From Okamejei kenojei (taxonomy: Eukaryota), in NCBI GenBank assembly GCA_035221665.1, contig JAVHYY010000238.1, forward strand, positions 1 to 64,000: 64,000 bases of DNA, given 5' to 3'. Positions 61,180 through 64,000 of the stretch are shown piece by piece. The position numbers and the translations under genes are program-made. The notes under the pieces are model-generated. The model saw only the letters and a list, made by a program, of their open reading frames with translations. It made no database searches and had not been told where the DNA came from. The first letter of the stretch is position 1. Each line of letters starts with the position of its first letter.

Positions 61180-64000
61180 GCTGCGTTGGGCCGGCGTTGG
61201 GGCTTAGCGGCTGTCGTTGGGGTATCACAGTTGGTGTTGGTATTTAGCGGCTGGCGTTGGTATTTAGCGGCTGGCTTTGGGGTTTCGCGGCTGGCTTTGG
61301 GGTTTCGCGGCTGGCGTTGGGGTTTCGCGGCTGGCGTTGGGGTTTCGCGGCTGGCGTTGGGGTTTCGCGGCTGGCGTTGGGGTTTCACGGCTGGCGTGGT
61401 TTCGAGTTGACGGGGCTTTGCGGCTGGCGTTGGGGCTTTGCGGCTGGCGTTGGGGCTTTGCGGCTGGCGTTGGGGCTTTGCGGCTGGCGTTGGGGCTTTG
61501 CGGCTGGCGTTGGGGCTTTGCTTAGCGGCTGGCGTTGGGGCTTTGTTGGCGGGGGCTGAGCGGCTGGCTTGGGGCCGGGGCCTGCTTAGCGGCTGGCGTT
61601 GGGCCTGGCTTAGCGCGGCGTTCGGGACTGGCGTTGGGCTTGGGGTCTTGCTTAGCGGCTGGCGTTGGGGCGTGAGAGGCGGGCGTTGGGGCCTGGCTTA
61701 GCGGGGGTTGGGCTGGCTTAGCGGTGCGTGGGGGCTTAGCGGCTGGGAGCGGCTGGCGTTGGGGCCTAGCGGCGGCGTTGGGGCTGGCTGCAGCGGCTGG
61801 CGTTGGGGCTTGGCTTAGCGGATGGCGTTGGGGGGCCTAGCGGCTGGCGGATTGGCTTTAGCGGCTGGCGTTGGGGCTTGCTTAGCGGCTGGCGTTGGTG
61901 CTTGCTTAGCGCTGGGATTGGGGCTTGGCTGGCGTTGGGGCTTTGCTTAGCGGCTGGCGGTGGGGCTGTTGGGGCGTTTTGGGCTTGGGGGCGGCGGCTG
62001 TGCGTTGGGGGCTCCTAGCGGCTGGTGTTGGTACTAGCTGCTGCCGTTGGGCTATAAACAGCTGGAGGTTTGGGTTTCGTTTCGTGGGTTGGGGTTTCGG
62101 GGTGGGTTGTGTGTGGGCTGGCGTTGGGCTGATCGGCTGGCGTTGGGGTGGTGGCCGGTTGGGCTGATCGTGTGCTGGCTGATCGTTTGGGCGTTTGGGT
62201 GATCGGCTGGCGTGGGCTGATCGGCCTTTGCGTTGGGCTGATTCGCTGGCGGTGGCTTATCCGGGCTGAGTTGGCTGGCTGGCCGTTGGGCTGAGTCGGC
62301 TGGCGTTGGGCTGATCGGCTGCGTGGGCTGATCGGCCTGGGCTGATCGTTGGCTGATCGGCTGGCGTTGCTGCTCGCTGGCGGTTGGGCTTCTGCTGTGG
62401 CGGCTGGCTGCGCTGGCGTTGGGTTCTGCGGCTGGCGATGGCTATCGGCCATTGGCGTTGGGCTGCGGCTGGCGTTGGGCAGCGGCCTTGGCGTAGGGTT
62501 ATTCCGCTGCGTTGGGCCTTCGCCGGCCTTGGCGTTGGCTTCGCGGCTGGCGTAGGGCTTCTGCGCTGCGTTGGCTTCGCGGCTGCGTTGGGCTTCGGCG
62601 GCTGGCGTTGGGCTTCCTGCGGCGCGTTGGGCTTCTGGCGCTGGCGTTGTTTCTGCGGCTGTCGTTGGGCGTCTGGCGGCGGGGCGTTTGGGCTTCTGGC
62701 GGCTGGCGTTGGGCTTTCTGCGGCTGGCGTTGGGGTTCTGCGGCTGGCGTTGGGGTTCTGCGGCTGGCGTTGGGGTTCTGCGGCTGGCGTTGGGGTTCTG
62801 CGGCTGGCGTTGGGGTTCTGCGGCTGGCGTTGGGGTTCTGCGGCTGGCGTTGGGGTTCTGCGGCTGGCGTTGGGGTTCTGCGGCTGGCGTTGGGGTTCTG
62901 CGGCTGGCGTTGGGGTTCTGCGGCTGGCGTTGGGGTTCTGCGGCTGGCTTGGGGTTTCTGCGGCTGGCGGGGTTCTGCGGCTGGCCCCCCGGCGTTGGGG
63001 TTCTGCGCTTGCGTTGGTTCTGCGGCTGGCGTTGGGGTCTGCGCTGCGGTGGGGTTCTGCGGCTGGCGTTGGGGTTCTGCGGCTGGCGTTGGGGTTCTGC
63101 GGCTGGCGTTGGGGTTCTGCGGCTGGCGTTGGGGTTCTGCGGCTGGCGTTGGGGTTCCGACTTTGGCGTTGGGGCTAAGCGGCTGGCGTTGGGGCTTTGT
63201 TTAGTGGCTGGCGTTGGGGCTTGGCTTAGCGGCTGGCGTTGGGGCTTAGCGGCTGGCGTTGGGGTTTCGAATTTGGCGTTGGTTGTGGCTGGCGTTGGGG
63301 ATTGGCTTAGCGGCTGGCTTTGGGGCTTGGCTTAGCGGCTGGCGTTGGGTCTTAGCGGCTGGCATTGGGGCTTAGCGGCTGGCGTTGGGGCTTGGCTTAG
63401 CGGCTGGCGTTGGGGCTTGGCTTAGCGGCTGGCGTTGGGGCTTGGCTTAGCGGCTGGCGTTGGGGCTTAGCTGCTGGCGTTGGGGCTTGGCTTAGCGGCT
63501 GGCTTAGCTGCTGGCGTTGGGGCTTAGCGGCTGGCGTTGGGGCTGAGCGGCTGGCGTTGGGGTCTAGCTGCTGCCGTTGGGCTATCACAGCTGGAGTTTG
63601 GGTTTCGGGGTTGGGGTTTCGGGGCTGGGTTGGGGCTGATCGGCTGGCGTTGGGCTGATCGGCTTGCGTTGGCTTGGCTTAGCGGCTGGCGTTTGGGCTT
63701 AGCTGCTGGCGTTTGGATCTGCTTTAGCGGCTGCTTAGCAGCTGGCATTTGGGGCTTAGCGGCGGCTTGGGGCTTAGCGGATGGCGTTGGGGCCTAGCGG
63801 CTGCGTTGGGGCTTGCTTAGGCTTAGCGTCGGCGTTGGGGCTCTTGGCATAGAGGCTGCGTTGGGGCTTGGCTTAGTGGCTGGCGTTGGGCTGGCTTAGC
63901 GGCTGGCGTTTGGGCCTTATCGTGGTCTGTGGTGTATTAGGGGGGTTAGCTGCTGCCGTTGGGCTATAAACAGCTGGAGTTTGGGTTTCGTGTTTGGGTT
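61180..64000. repeat. 20-bp G-rich satellite (GCGGCTGGCGTTGGGG + TTCT/CTTT/TTTC/CTTA), running off the window
   Basis: Perfect runs at 61290-61380, 61420-61520 and 62720-62945; longer CTTGGCTTA variants at 63200-63540. Confidence 0.95.

Noticed and set aside
63180-63540. True telomere (GGCTTA repeats)
   Set aside because: The motif is embedded in the satellite unit; no tandem TTAGGG.
61120-63800. Long Trp/Gly/Ala-rich ORFs up to 264 aa
   Set aside because: Translation artefacts of the 20-bp satellite.

Overview
This is repeat-dense eukaryotic genomic DNA, not prokaryotic. The repeat set (CR1 LINEs, V-SINE/HE1-like tRNA SINEs, Neptune-type Penelope-like elements, Rex1, Vingi) suggests a cartilaginous fish such as a skate or ray; that assignment is inference. 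Most entries in the ORF track are spurious. Host content: (1) a minus-strand multi-exon SUN2-like gene (~39.2-60.2 kb) with several independent lesions, probably an unprocessed pseudogene; (2) a second decayed minus-strand multi-exon gene (~5.3-20 kb) of unknown identity, weakly reminiscent of CDC37, with an exon split by a Vingi LINE; (3) a C2H2 zinc-finger fragment. Mobile DNA includes a near-intact full-length CR1 (30.2-34.9 kb) nested in a Rex1 element, a 650-bp-arm foldback element, a 204-bp palindromic MITE, an inverted pair of hAT-like elements and a Helitron-like element. A 20-bp G-rich satellite fills the last 2.8 kb. The most notable signal is a young Penelope-like family carrying a minimal hammerhead ribozyme motif (CTGAAGA-GGGTC/GACCC-GAAACGTC). 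It occurs as an endonuclease-coding copy, a non-coding palindrome with three motifs, and a 98-bp solo unit, each with a 13-15 bp target-site duplication; the empty site for the solo unit is in the window. About the first 13 kb and parts of the last 2.5 kb look like low-accuracy consensus, so lesions there may be artefacts. All calls are by eye; no searches were run.
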